This document shows, piece after piece, positions 37,536 through 46,529 of a DNA stretch of 64,000 nt. Positions within the stretch are counted from its first letter, which is position 1; each line of letters opens with the position of its first letter. Under the pieces are notes generated by a model. That model was not told the DNA's origin, did not search any database, and saw only the letters and a list, made by a program, of their open reading frames with translations. Made by a program: the position numbers and the translations under genes. Source of the DNA: Candidatus Latescibacterota bacterium (lineage in GTDB: Bacteria > Latescibacterota > UBA2968 > UBA8231); assembly GCA_965197905.1 (NCBI GenBank), contig CBDAOB010000003.1, positions 1,056,001 to 1,120,000 on the forward strand, written 5' to 3'.

Positions 37536-38447
37536 ATGACAGTCGAAACTATCGCCGAAGAAGCTGTAGAGGCTGTTCAATTAAAGCCGAAGGACTTCAA
37601 AGGGAAGGTCGATCCAGATTGGTGCGCGGGATGTGGTGACTTTGGCGTTCTGAGTTGCCTTCAAAAGGCTTGCGTGGATCTGGGTCTCAAACCCCACCAG
37701 ATTCTCACCGTTAGCGGTATCGGTTGTTCGTCAAACTTCCCTGGGTTCTTCAACGCCTACGGTATGCATACCCTTCATGGGCGAGCGCTTGCCGTGGCTA
37801 CAGGCGCGCAAATGGCCAATCACGAATTGAAGGTCATCGCGACCGGTGGTGACGGTGATGGCTACGGCATCGGGGGAAACCATTTTACCCATACGTCGCG
37901 TCGAAACGTCGATCTGACCTACCTCGTCATGGACAACCAGATTTACGGTCTGACGACGGGCCAGATTTCGCCCACGAGCACAGTAGATATGAAGACCAAG
38001 AGCACCCCGTTCGGCAGCGTCGAGGCGCCGATCAATCCGATTACAGCGGCGATTATGAACGGAGCAACCTTCGTCGCTCGCGGGTTCAGTGGGGACGCCA
38101 AACATCTGATCCAGCTCATGCAGCAGGCGATCCAGCACCGGGGGTTTGCGCTCATCGACGTCTTCAGCCCCTGTGTCACCTTCAATCACGACAATGACTT
38201 CCCGTTTTTTAAGCAACGTGTCAGGAAGCTCGAAGACGAGGACCATGACCCCAGTGACTGGAAAACTGCTTGCGAGAAGGCAATGATATGGGGCGATACG
38301 ATCTTCACCGGACTCTTTTTTCAAAAGAAGGACACCCTTGCCCTCGACCAGCTCGAGCCTGTCCTCGACGAGGAGGGTCCCCTTTCCCGTCGACCGTTGG
38401 ATTTGAGTAAGGAGCAGACTCAGAAGATCATCAAGAGGATGATGTAG
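37536..38447 (+). CDS. korB: 2-oxoacid:ferredoxin oxidoreductase beta subunit
   Basis: WCAGCGD, SGIGCS, LHGRA, GGDGDG (TPP-binding), DNQIYGLTTGQ and SPCVTFN. Confidence 0.93.
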   Translation: MTVETIAEEAVEAVQLKPKDFKGKVDPDWCAGCGDFGVLSCLQKACVDLGLKPHQILTVSGIGCSSNFPGFFNAYGMHTLHGRALAVATGAQMANHELKVIATGGDGDGYGIGGNHFTHTSRRNVDLTYLVMDNQIYGLTTGQISPTSTVDMKTKSTPFGSVEAPINPITAAIMNGATFVARGFSGDAKHLIQLMQQAIQHRGFALIDVFSPCVTFNHDNDFPFFKQRVRKLEDEDHDPSDWKTACEKAMIWGDTIFTGLFFQKKDTLALDQLEPVLDEEGPLSRRPLDLSKEQTQKIIKRMM

Positions 38448-38474
38448 CCAGCGCACTGTTATTGAACGTACGAA

Positions 38475-39461
38475 TCAGCGCTCAACGGTCGTAGACCGGG
38501 TCCGCACCGATCCAGCGGCCTGGATCGACCCCGCCGGCACGTAAGCCCTCTGCTCTGCCGTAAGAGACAATGCGGCGCCTTCGAGGCTATCCTGGAGTTG
38601 CTCAAGGCTCCGCGCCCCGAGTATCGGCGCCGTGACCCGTGGCTCCGCCATGACCCAAGCCAGGGCCAACTGCGCCGGAGTGACATTCAACTCGTCTGCC
38701 GCAGTTAGAAAGCGCTCCACCACGTCGTAGGAATGTTCGTCGAGGTAGCGCTTCCTATACCCCTCATTTGAATGCAGCCGGTACGCGGCTGGAATCTCAG
38801 CTCCCCGCTTGTACTTCCCGGTCAAGACCCCGCCGGCCAACGGGTTGTACGGAACAACCCCCAGGCCTTGATCCGCACACAGGGGCAAAATCTCCAGCTC
38901 TATGCCGCGGTTCAAGGCGTTGTAGACCGGTTGGATACTGACGAAGCGGTCCAACAGGCGGGTGTCGGCCAGGCATAGATACTGGGCTAACTGCCAGCCA
39001 CTCAGGTTGGAGCAGGCGATATAACAGACCTTCCCCTGCCGAACCAGGTCATTTAGTGCTTCCAGGGTTTCGGCGGGCGGGACATGGGGATCCCAGCGGT
39101 GGATCTGATACAGGTCGATCCGATCTGTTTGCAGGCGACGTAGGCTGTCCTCGACGGCCGCGACAATATGAATACGCGAGAGCCCGGCGTCGTTCGGTCC
39201 CGATCCCATGGACCCGAACACCTTCGTCGCCAGAACTACCTCTTGCCGATTCCTGCGCGCCCGGATCCACCGTCCCACCACCTCTTCAGAGCCGCCGCGC
39301 GAGTAGGCATCGGCGCTGTCGAGGAAGTTGTATCCCTGCTCGACGAAGTAGTCCATTAGAATGAAGGAGGTCTCTTCGTCGGCCTCCCGACCGAAGGTCA
39401 TGGTGCCAAGGCAGACGGGCGAGACCTTCAGTCCGCATTTCCCCAGCGTTTTGTAGTTCAT
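38475..39461 (-). CDS. Aldo/keto reductase (possible frameshift near the C-terminus)
   Basis: CLGTMTFG, FLDSADAY, SLRRLQTDRIDLYQIH and YNPLAGG. Confidence 0.9.
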   Translation of the reverse strand: MNYKTLGKCGLKVSPVCLGTMTFGREADEETSFILMDYFVEQGYNFLDSADAYSRGGSEEVVGRWIRARRNRQEVVLATKVFGSMGSGPNDAGLSRIHIVAAVEDSLRRLQTDRIDLYQIHRWDPHVPPAETLEALNDLVRQGKVCYIACSNLSGWQLAQYLCLADTRLLDRFVSIQPVYNALNRGIELEILPLCADQGLGVVPYNPLAGGVLTGKYKRGAEIPAAYRLHSNEGYRKRYLDEHSYDVVERFLTAADELNVTPAQLALAWVMAEPRVTAPILGARSLEQLQDSLEGAALSLTAEQRAYVPAGSIQAAGSVRTRSTTVER

Positions 39462-39591
39462 TCTTCAACTCCGAAAAAGCGAATGAGGCGTGTGCCACCT
39501 CTCAGAGCATGGTGTCGCGTTGCAGAAATACCGAGATTACACCACTCAGGATAGACGGTTGAACGTCGAATACAACCCCAGGGAGTTAGAA

Positions 39592-40581
39592 ATGGAGAGA
39601 AGACCACTAGGCCGTTCTGGTCGCAGCTTGACCCCGATTGGTCTTGGGTGCGTCACCTTCGGTAGAGAAATCGACCAGGAGCAATCGTTTCGCATTCTCG
39701 ATTACGCCATCGAGAAAGAGATCAGCTGGCTGGATACTGCGGAGATCTATGGGGGCGGTCAGTCCCGCGCCGGTCGTCGCGATACTCTAGGAATCGAGGA
39801 TGAGCGCGAGGTTACGGGAGAAATGAGCTCTTCCGAGAAGATTATTGGACGGTGGTTATCCGAGCGCGATTGCCGGGATCAGATCGACATCTGCACCAAA
39901 GTGAGCAGTGGCTCCGATCCGGAGAACATCCGCAATGCGTTCAACAACAGCCTCGACCGCCTACAAACCGATCACGTGGAGATATACAAGCTGCATAACG
40001 CCAAATCGGAAACGCCCATCGCAGAAACCCTGGGTGCCCTGGATGAGCTGGTGAAAGCGGGCAGGGTCGACGTGATCGGCTGCAGTAATTTTTCGACGGA
40101 ACAGCTGCGCGAAGCCCTGGAGGCCAGCGCCCGTCACGGATTCACCCGTTTCGAAATCATTCAACCCGGCTTCAGCCTGGCCAATTCCAAAGCTCGAGAC
40201 GATTTTTTCGAGCTGTGCTCGGCGGAGGAGATCGCCATCACCTCCTACGGTCCTCTGGGATCTGGTTTCCTCACCGGAAAATACACCCCGGATCGGGATA
40301 AATTCCCCAAAGGCAGCCGTTACCACATCGCGCCTGCCCACGCCAACCTCTACTTCACAGATCACAATTTCGAATTGCTTGAGAAACTGCGAGAAAAATC
40401 ATCGGCTGTCGGCCTGCCGATGGAGCTACTGGCGATGGCTTGGGTCATGGCCCACGATGAGGTCACCTCCCCGCTCGTGGGGGCGCGCGAAACCAGTCAC
40501 ATTGATAATGCACTCGCCGCACTCGAGCTGGAGCTGGAGCCGGCGCTCTTCGAGGAGATGACCAGCTGGACCGTGGGGTAG
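39592..40581 (+). CDS. Aldo/keto reductase
   Basis: GLGCVTFG, LDTAEIYG, SLDRLQTDHVEIY and YGPLGSGFLTGKY; divergent from the previous AKR. Confidence 0.9.
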   Translation: MERRPLGRSGRSLTPIGLGCVTFGREIDQEQSFRILDYAIEKEISWLDTAEIYGGGQSRAGRRDTLGIEDEREVTGEMSSSEKIIGRWLSERDCRDQIDICTKVSSGSDPENIRNAFNNSLDRLQTDHVEIYKLHNAKSETPIAETLGALDELVKAGRVDVIGCSNFSTEQLREALEASARHGFTRFEIIQPGFSLANSKARDDFFELCSAEEIAITSYGPLGSGFLTGKYTPDRDKFPKGSRYHIAPAHANLYFTDHNFELLEKLREKSSAVGLPMELLAMAWVMAHDEVTSPLVGARETSHIDNALAALELELEPALFEEMTSWTVG

Positions 40582-40663
40582 CTCTGCCTTGAACCCACGA
40601 CCGATCTGGAAGGCTGGGAAATCGGTTTGTTACTCATCACTTCCTCCGTTTCGTCGACTGGCA

Positions 40664-42970
40664 CTACTCTGTCCAGAACGCGAACAGCTCGGCATTCCGC
40701 ATGCTGAAACGCGATCGCACGTTTTGCAGCTTCAAGCCACTGAGATCGCCGCCTTGCTGCCACCGGACCGGAAGGCGAACCCCATCCGCCGAGATCGGCA
40801 ACGCCCGAGTCAGCGACCAGGCTTCGTTCAACAGCTCGCCCTTGTCGTTCAGTAACTCGACGCGAATCTCACCGCCGTCGGCGTCAGCGTTGATCCACAG
40901 GCTAGAGCCGCGCCATACCAACGGTTTGGTCACGACCTCGCCGTCGACGTCTCCGGCGCGCATAGAAACGAAACCGTCCAGCCGCAACGTGCCCAGATTG
41001 AACGCTGCCTGATTCCCCATGTCCTGAGACTCGTCCTCTTTGTAGCTGCGGAACTTCGAGCCCGAATAGAGAAACACGAGCTCGTCGCCGATGTGCAATG
41101 GTTTTGACGGCGGCATGATCTGGACCAGATCGTACTGGCCGCTTGCTTCCGGTGATAGCGGGATGAAGTCGGGGCGGGTCTCGTTCAACGCATACAGCCA
41201 GTTTTCCATATCTCGACTGGAGGAAAGGCCGGTGACGTTAAATCCATCGCTGCCGCCGTCCGCAAGGTTTCCCGTCATGCGAAACCGGGTGGGGAAACCG
41301 ATGTAGATGCCTTCGTACGGGAACGCCGCCATGTTGTATATCTGCGAGCTGTACTCATCCCAATTTACGACGAGCGGCTGTTTCATTTCCGGATCGGCCA
41401 GGTGGGTTTCGAGCCAGACCTGTCCCAGCTCCTGGTCACGACGGTCGGGGGCAAAGACGTAGAGGTAGGGAGGCTGGCTCCAGCTGGCGAAGTCCTTGCT
41501 GGTGAGCATCCAGACCGAGCGCAGCCAACCCTTGCGGGCGCACCCGATCCCTAAGGGAGCGTTGCAGTGTCTTCCCTCACGTTGCGCTCGCAGGTAGACA
41601 CCGCGGTTCTCGTAGAGTCTCGATGCGTCCGAGTTGACTCCGGTGCGACCCAGGAAGACGAACTGATCGGTCTCGTCGTCGTAGAACAGATGGTTCTCCT
41701 CGCTGCCCGACAAGCCCTCATCGGAAAGCGGAGTGAAATGGATACCGTCCGCCGAGACAGCGGGCAATGGATTGACCGCCCCCAGGAGTGCTTTCCAGCG
41801 ACGTTGTGGGTCCGGATCGTGGGTGTCGTAGAGGACGTTGTAGAGCAGGTCCGTGGCCAGACCGGTAGGCTGCAGCATGTTGTTCTCGGTAGAACCTTCA
41901 AACTCGAACAGGCCGACGATCGGTTTCTCCCAGTTGAACCCGTCGTCGGAAACCGCCAGGCAGGTCGTCCAGGGATAAAACCCCCTGTCTTCGTCGAAGG
42001 GCGGAAAGGCCCAATAGCGGAACTCGTAGCGCTCTTCCTCCGGGTTCCAGTACGGGGCGCTGCGACCGGAGATGAATCTGAACTCCCAGGGGTGCTCGGG
42101 TCTGATGACCGGGTTGCCTGCGTATTTGCGCAATTGGTGTTGCACGCGTTCCACGTCGACGGTCTCTTGCAACGCGAAGGTGTCGAGGAAGAGCTCCTTG
42201 CGCCCGGCCTTTAGAAAAACCACGTCATCTCTCGGATCTTCAGCGACGGTGAAGTCGATAGATCGGTTTTCATCCGCTACAACCCCGTCCTGTTCGAACG
42301 GCACGAGCTTGTATCCGTCGATTACGACCCGGTAGCTGTCGTCTGCTGTGACCCGTCGCGATGCTACTGCAATCTCGGTCAGCGGGCGTACTGGCCCGGG
42401 TGGCCAGGCCGTAGCGCCATCGGTCAACACCATCTTCTTCGTTCGTGCGGTACGGTCTACCATGAGACGAACGAAATAGACGCCGGCCCCGGCGCCCGTC
42501 CCACCGTCATCCCGACCATCCCAGGTGGCCGAGTGCAAACCATGAGGCTGCCTGGAATCAACCAGGGTGCGTACCGGCTGTCCGAGGATGTTGTAGATCC
42601 GCAGGCTGACGCGCGCCTCCTGATGTAGCTGGTACGGAATCACAGTGGAGGGGTTGAACGGGTTGGGGTAGTTCTGGAATAGGCTGAACCCAGCTGGCAA
42701 GGCGCTGAACGCCTCCACGATCGTGGAGGCGTTCAGCACGACGCGGTACCGTCCTGCGGCGTCGGTCTTACCCGTGAAAACCTGATTCGGATCGCGCTCG
42801 CTTACGTACCTGACCTCAATGTCTTTGGGTCGCGCCCGCTGTGGACCTGGTTCCTCCGCAGGCACGATATGCACCGTTCCGACGATTTCCCGCGCCGAAG
42901 TTTTTTCCGCGAAAAGACAGGAGAACGCAGCACAGATCGCGATGAAATGGAATCGGCTAGTCATATCCAT
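40664..42970 (-). CDS. Secreted protein: signal peptide, FlgD-Ig/sorting-domain-like module, then glycosidase-like propeller domain
   Basis: Signal peptide ...EKTSA; FSLFQNYPNPFNPST...IYNILGQPVRTLV...WDGRDD..GVYFVRL...KKMVL; then KELFLD, SDDGFNWEKP and LRLDGFVSM. Confidence 0.8.
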   Translation of the reverse strand: MDMTSRFHFIAICAAFSCLFAEKTSAREIVGTVHIVPAEEPGPQRARPKDIEVRYVSERDPNQVFTGKTDAAGRYRVVLNASTIVEAFSALPAGFSLFQNYPNPFNPSTVIPYQLHQEARVSLRIYNILGQPVRTLVDSRQPHGLHSATWDGRDDGGTGAGAGVYFVRLMVDRTARTKKMVLTDGATAWPPGPVRPLTEIAVASRRVTADDSYRVVIDGYKLVPFEQDGVVADENRSIDFTVAEDPRDDVVFLKAGRKELFLDTFALQETVDVERVQHQLRKYAGNPVIRPEHPWEFRFISGRSAPYWNPEEERYEFRYWAFPPFDEDRGFYPWTTCLAVSDDGFNWEKPIVGLFEFEGSTENNMLQPTGLATDLLYNVLYDTHDPDPQRRWKALLGAVNPLPAVSADGIHFTPLSDEGLSGSEENHLFYDDETDQFVFLGRTGVNSDASRLYENRGVYLRAQREGRHCNAPLGIGCARKGWLRSVWMLTSKDFASWSQPPYLYVFAPDRRDQELGQVWLETHLADPEMKQPLVVNWDEYSSQIYNMAAFPYEGIYIGFPTRFRMTGNLADGGSDGFNVTGLSSSRDMENWLYALNETRPDFIPLSPEASGQYDLVQIMPPSKPLHIGDELVFLYSGSKFRSYKEDESQDMGNQAAFNLGTLRLDGFVSMRAGDVDGEVVTKPLVWRGSSLWINADADGGEIRVELLNDKGELLNEAWSLTRALPISADGVRLPVRWQQGGDLSGLKLQNVRSRFSMRNAELFAFWTE

Positions 42971-43028
42971 TCCTCTACCTCGTTCGGACGACTTCGCCCG
43001 GCCAGCGACCGGGACCGTCCTCGACTTA

Positions 43029-44138
43029 CTAAACGTGGTCTGTGGTCGGAGTATAGATCGGTATGGGCAGCTGGTCCCCGCAGATATCTGTCACTCGTTC
43101 CGGTCCAAACAGCACCTTCACCATTTGCCGACGAGAGTAGCGCTCTTCGCGGTCACTTCGCCGCAACGTAAACAGGCCGTCCTGTTCCCACACCTCGAGA
43201 TCGTCAGGTCCCAACTTCGCGACGAGGCCGGCGGGATCGATGAGATAGAGCATATTCCAGGCGGCACGCCTGAACGGAAATCCAACTTCATCCAGCAGCG
43301 TGGTGAGCTTCGGCTGTAGCGGATTCGCCTCCACGAGCATCTCCGGCTGCAGCAACGGCGTGAAGCTGCTGTCGCGGGTCGAGGTGGAAACGCCCGCGGT
43401 TTCGGCGTCCACCCGATGGAAGATCTCGCGTACCAGACCCGCCACCACTTCAGCGGGACCCCCATGTTCCATTAGGATACGACTCTGGGTGCGGTAGTAG
43501 GCGTAGGCAACGACGCGCGAACGCTGTATCGCTACAAAGATTTCGGCCGGCTCTTTCGCAAGAACCAACCGCTCGTCCTCCCGATTGCGGATGACGCCCC
43601 ACTTCTCGCGTAGGTGAATCTCGTGGACGGCATCCAGATAACGTTCGAAACCGGAGTCGACCTCGAACCCGTCCAGGGTAGGTAGAAGATCGACGTTGCC
43701 TCTGTTGATCGAGTAGGTGAGCAGGCAGCCACCGTCCTCGTAGTCGAAACGACGGTACCATTCGGGATAGCCGGCCGAAAGATTTACCAGATCACAGCCG
43801 GTCTCCCCAGCCCGATCGGCAGTATCCTTCATCAGCATCGCCCCCAGGCCCTGCTTGCGCCAATCGGGATGGCAGGTGGTGCAGTTTACGCCGATGGCCT
43901 TAAAGGTGTGCGGGCCGGCGGCTATCTCCCGTGGCGAATGGGAGACGCTGGCGCGAATGGCCCCATCGATCCGGATAACGCGGATGTTGTCCAGATTCGA
44001 CGCTCGGTAGATGTGGGGATAATCGGTGAGAATGGAAGGTGGCTTACCCTGATTCGTCCGAAAGATCCCATTGACCAGCTCCAGCAGCTCATCCAACTCT
44101 TCGGGTTTGCATGCCCTCGGACCGTCGTAGCTACTCAC
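43029..44138 (-). CDS. GNAT N-acetyltransferase (Eis-like)
   Basis: TCHPDWRKQGLGAMLM acetyl-CoA motif and WYRRFDYE. Confidence 0.8.
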   Translation of the reverse strand: MSSYDGPRACKPEELDELLELVNGIFRTNQGKPPSILTDYPHIYRASNLDNIRVIRIDGAIRASVSHSPREIAAGPHTFKAIGVNCTTCHPDWRKQGLGAMLMKDTADRAGETGCDLVNLSAGYPEWYRRFDYEDGGCLLTYSINRGNVDLLPTLDGFEVDSGFERYLDAVHEIHLREKWGVIRNREDERLVLAKEPAEIFVAIQRSRVVAYAYYRTQSRILMEHGGPAEVVAGLVREIFHRVDAETAGVSTSTRDSSFTPLLQPEMLVEANPLQPKLTTLLDEVGFPFRRAAWNMLYLIDPAGLVAKLGPDDLEVWEQDGLFTLRRSDREERYSRRQMVKVLFGPERVTDICGDQLPIPIYTPTTDHV

Positions 44139-44166
44139 TGCGTGGACTCCCTGGTTAATGGACTAC

Positions 44167-45591
44167 TCAAGAAACCGGCGGACGATGGTGGATCCAGGGT
44201 TGGGCTTCCTCGAAGGCTGCCGAAGCCGCCAGAACCGTCTCTTCGTCCCCTTTGCGGCCGACGATCTGCAGTCCGATCGGCAATCCGTCCGCAGAGAAAC
44301 CGGCGGGGATGCTCGCAGCCGCGTGACCAATGGCGTTGATCGGCAGGGTAAAGTCGCCATTCCAATACTGGTCGGGGAAGGCCAGGCCAGGTGTCCACTT
44401 TCCGGGGAATTTTCCATACGGAAACGCAGGGAAGCAAGCAGTGGGAGACAGCAACAGATCGAACTGTTCGAAGAGGTCGTCCATACGTGCCTTCAGGCGA
44501 TCGATGCGACCCGGAGCGGAGGCGTAGTCGCCCGCCGTCACCTTTGCACCGTACTCAAACCAGAAAACTGCATATTCGGTCATCTCTTCGCGGTGGGTGT
44601 CCAACAACGAGCCCAATCTGGCATAGGTATCGGCGGCGCCCAGGTAGCCGAAGGCGTCGTATGGAGGGTCCATGGCCAGATCGGATTCCTCCACATGGCA
44701 TCCCAGCTGCTCGAACACTCGCGCCGCGGCCGACGTGACCCTCAACACCTCCGAGTCGACACCGGCGAAGCCAAAGTCGGGGCTCCACGCGACCCGCAAA
44801 CCGTTGATTCCTCGATCCAGAGCGGCGACGAAATCGGGAGGCACCTCACGCAGTGATACGGGATCGTTCGGATCGTGGCCGGCCATTACCTGGAGCAACA
44901 GCGCCGCGTCCTTCACGGTGCGCCCGATCGGCCCGTTCTGGGAGAATATGTACGGCATGGGATGTCCCTCCGTACCGGTAAAACCGGATACCCTTCCCTG
45001 GGTCGGTTTGATGCCGTAGATGCCGCAGAAGTGGGCTGGTATGCGAATGGACCCTCCCCCGTCGCTCCCGGTCGCAAGGGGACAAAGGCTGGCGGCCAAG
45101 GCGGCTGCGCCGCCGCCGGTGAATCCACCGGGAGTGCAAGCGGTGTTCCAGGGGTTGCGTCCGGGCTCTCCCAAACGGTTCTCACAGGTGCCGACGATGC
45201 CGAGCTCGGGCGCGTTGGTCTTACCGAGAATGATGGCGCCGGCCGATTTCACTCGTTGGACTACCGTTGCATCGTGCTCCGGAATCTGGTCCTTGTAGGC
45301 CACACAGCCCAGTGTCGTGCGGATGCCGCTGGTCATCTGGGTATCCTTGATCGCGATAGGCAAGCCATGGAGTGGGCCCAGTTTGTCGCCACGACTCACG
45401 GCATCCTCTGCCACCTTGGCGGCGGCCAGTGCTTCGTCCCGAGTTACGGTGACAAATGAATTCAACTGCGAGTCCAACCGCTCTATGCGGTCCAGGTACA
45501 ACCGGGTCAGCTCCACCGGGGAGATCTGTCGGTCGGCAATCAAATGCAGCAGTTTGTGTGCCGGCTCGAATGCCAGCTCTTCATCAGTCAT
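44167..45591 (-). CDS. Amidase signature family protein with an altered GGSS motif
   Basis: GLPIAIKD, GKTNAPE, RNPWN...PGGFTGG, GSDGGGSIRIPA and GLPIGLQIVG. Confidence 0.88.
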   Translation of the reverse strand: MTDEELAFEPAHKLLHLIADRQISPVELTRLYLDRIERLDSQLNSFVTVTRDEALAAAKVAEDAVSRGDKLGPLHGLPIAIKDTQMTSGIRTTLGCVAYKDQIPEHDATVVQRVKSAGAIILGKTNAPELGIVGTCENRLGEPGRNPWNTACTPGGFTGGGAAALAASLCPLATGSDGGGSIRIPAHFCGIYGIKPTQGRVSGFTGTEGHPMPYIFSQNGPIGRTVKDAALLLQVMAGHDPNDPVSLREVPPDFVAALDRGINGLRVAWSPDFGFAGVDSEVLRVTSAAARVFEQLGCHVEESDLAMDPPYDAFGYLGAADTYARLGSLLDTHREEMTEYAVFWFEYGAKVTAGDYASAPGRIDRLKARMDDLFEQFDLLLSPTACFPAFPYGKFPGKWTPGLAFPDQYWNGDFTLPINAIGHAAASIPAGFSADGLPIGLQIVGRKGDEETVLAASAAFEEAQPWIHHRPPVS

Positions 45592-46520
45592 CGGTCCCTT
45601 TCCAATACACGGCGCACATTCTCCGCGGTCACCGCGCTCACTCTGCGGTTAGACTCCTCCGTGACGCCGGCGATGTGGGGGGTGAGAAGAATATTCGGCA
45701 CATCCACGAAAACAGAGTCTGGAGGCAGCGGCTCTTGTTCAAAGACATCCAAAACCGCTCCCGCTAGATCCCCGTTTCGCAGCGCCGTGGCGAGCGCTTT
45801 CTCATCCACCACGCCTCCGCGAGAAGAATTGATCAAATAAGCGTCGGCACGCATCAGGGACAGCGCCTCGCCATCAATCAGATGTCGGGTCAGCTCGGTC
45901 AGCGGTACGTGAAGGCTGACCGCATCGCTGGCGGCAAGGAGCTGTTCCAACGTTTTACAGGTAACCTGCGTTTTTTGCCAGATGGAGTCTGTTGATCCTA
46001 TGAAAGGATCACAGGCCGCAACGACCATTCCCAACTCTTGGGCCACCCGCGCCACCTCCCGCGCGATGTTGCCAAAACCGACGAGCCCCAATCGACGCCC
46101 GCTGATCTCTTTGCGGATCAGGCGCTCCCTGGGCCATTGACCCGCTTTCACGTCGTCGGTGGCGAAGAAGCTGCCGCGAAAGATCGTCAGCAGAGCGGCG
46201 ACCACGTACTCCTTGACCGCCAGGTCGTTGGCGCTCACAGCTGGAAAGACCTGGATGCTTCGCTGGCGACAGACCTCCAGGTCGATATTGTCAAGGCCAA
46301 CACCCAGACGACCCACCACCAGTAATTTCTCGCAACCCTCCAGCAACGGCCCGCGCACCTGAGTCCGGTTGCGCACGATCAGCCCGCGCGCTTTGGCGGC
46401 CCCCGCGATCAGGTCATCAAGGCGCTCTACCAGCTGCGGATCGTACTGGACCTCGAAGTCGTGGGATAACCCCGCAACGGCCGCCTGGTCCATGAATTCG
46501 GAGATGACGATATCCACCAT
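45588..46520 (-). CDS. D-2-hydroxyacid dehydrogenase, (S)-sulfolactate dehydrogenase SlcC-like
   Basis: IVISEFMDQAAV, LIVRNRTQV, GRLGVGLDNID, GFGNIA, LINSSRG and TPHIAGVTEESNRRVS resemble SlcC as I recall it. Confidence 0.8.
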   Translation of the reverse strand: MVDIVISEFMDQAAVAGLSHDFEVQYDPQLVERLDDLIAGAAKARGLIVRNRTQVRGPLLEGCEKLLVVGRLGVGLDNIDLEVCRQRSIQVFPAVSANDLAVKEYVVAALLTIFRGSFFATDDVKAGQWPRERLIRKEISGRRLGLVGFGNIAREVARVAQELGMVVAACDPFIGSTDSIWQKTQVTCKTLEQLLAASDAVSLHVPLTELTRHLIDGEALSLMRADAYLINSSRGGVVDEKALATALRNGDLAGAVLDVFEQEPLPPDSVFVDVPNILLTPHIAGVTEESNRRVSAVTAENVRRVLERDR

Positions 46521-46529
46521 CGATCGAGA

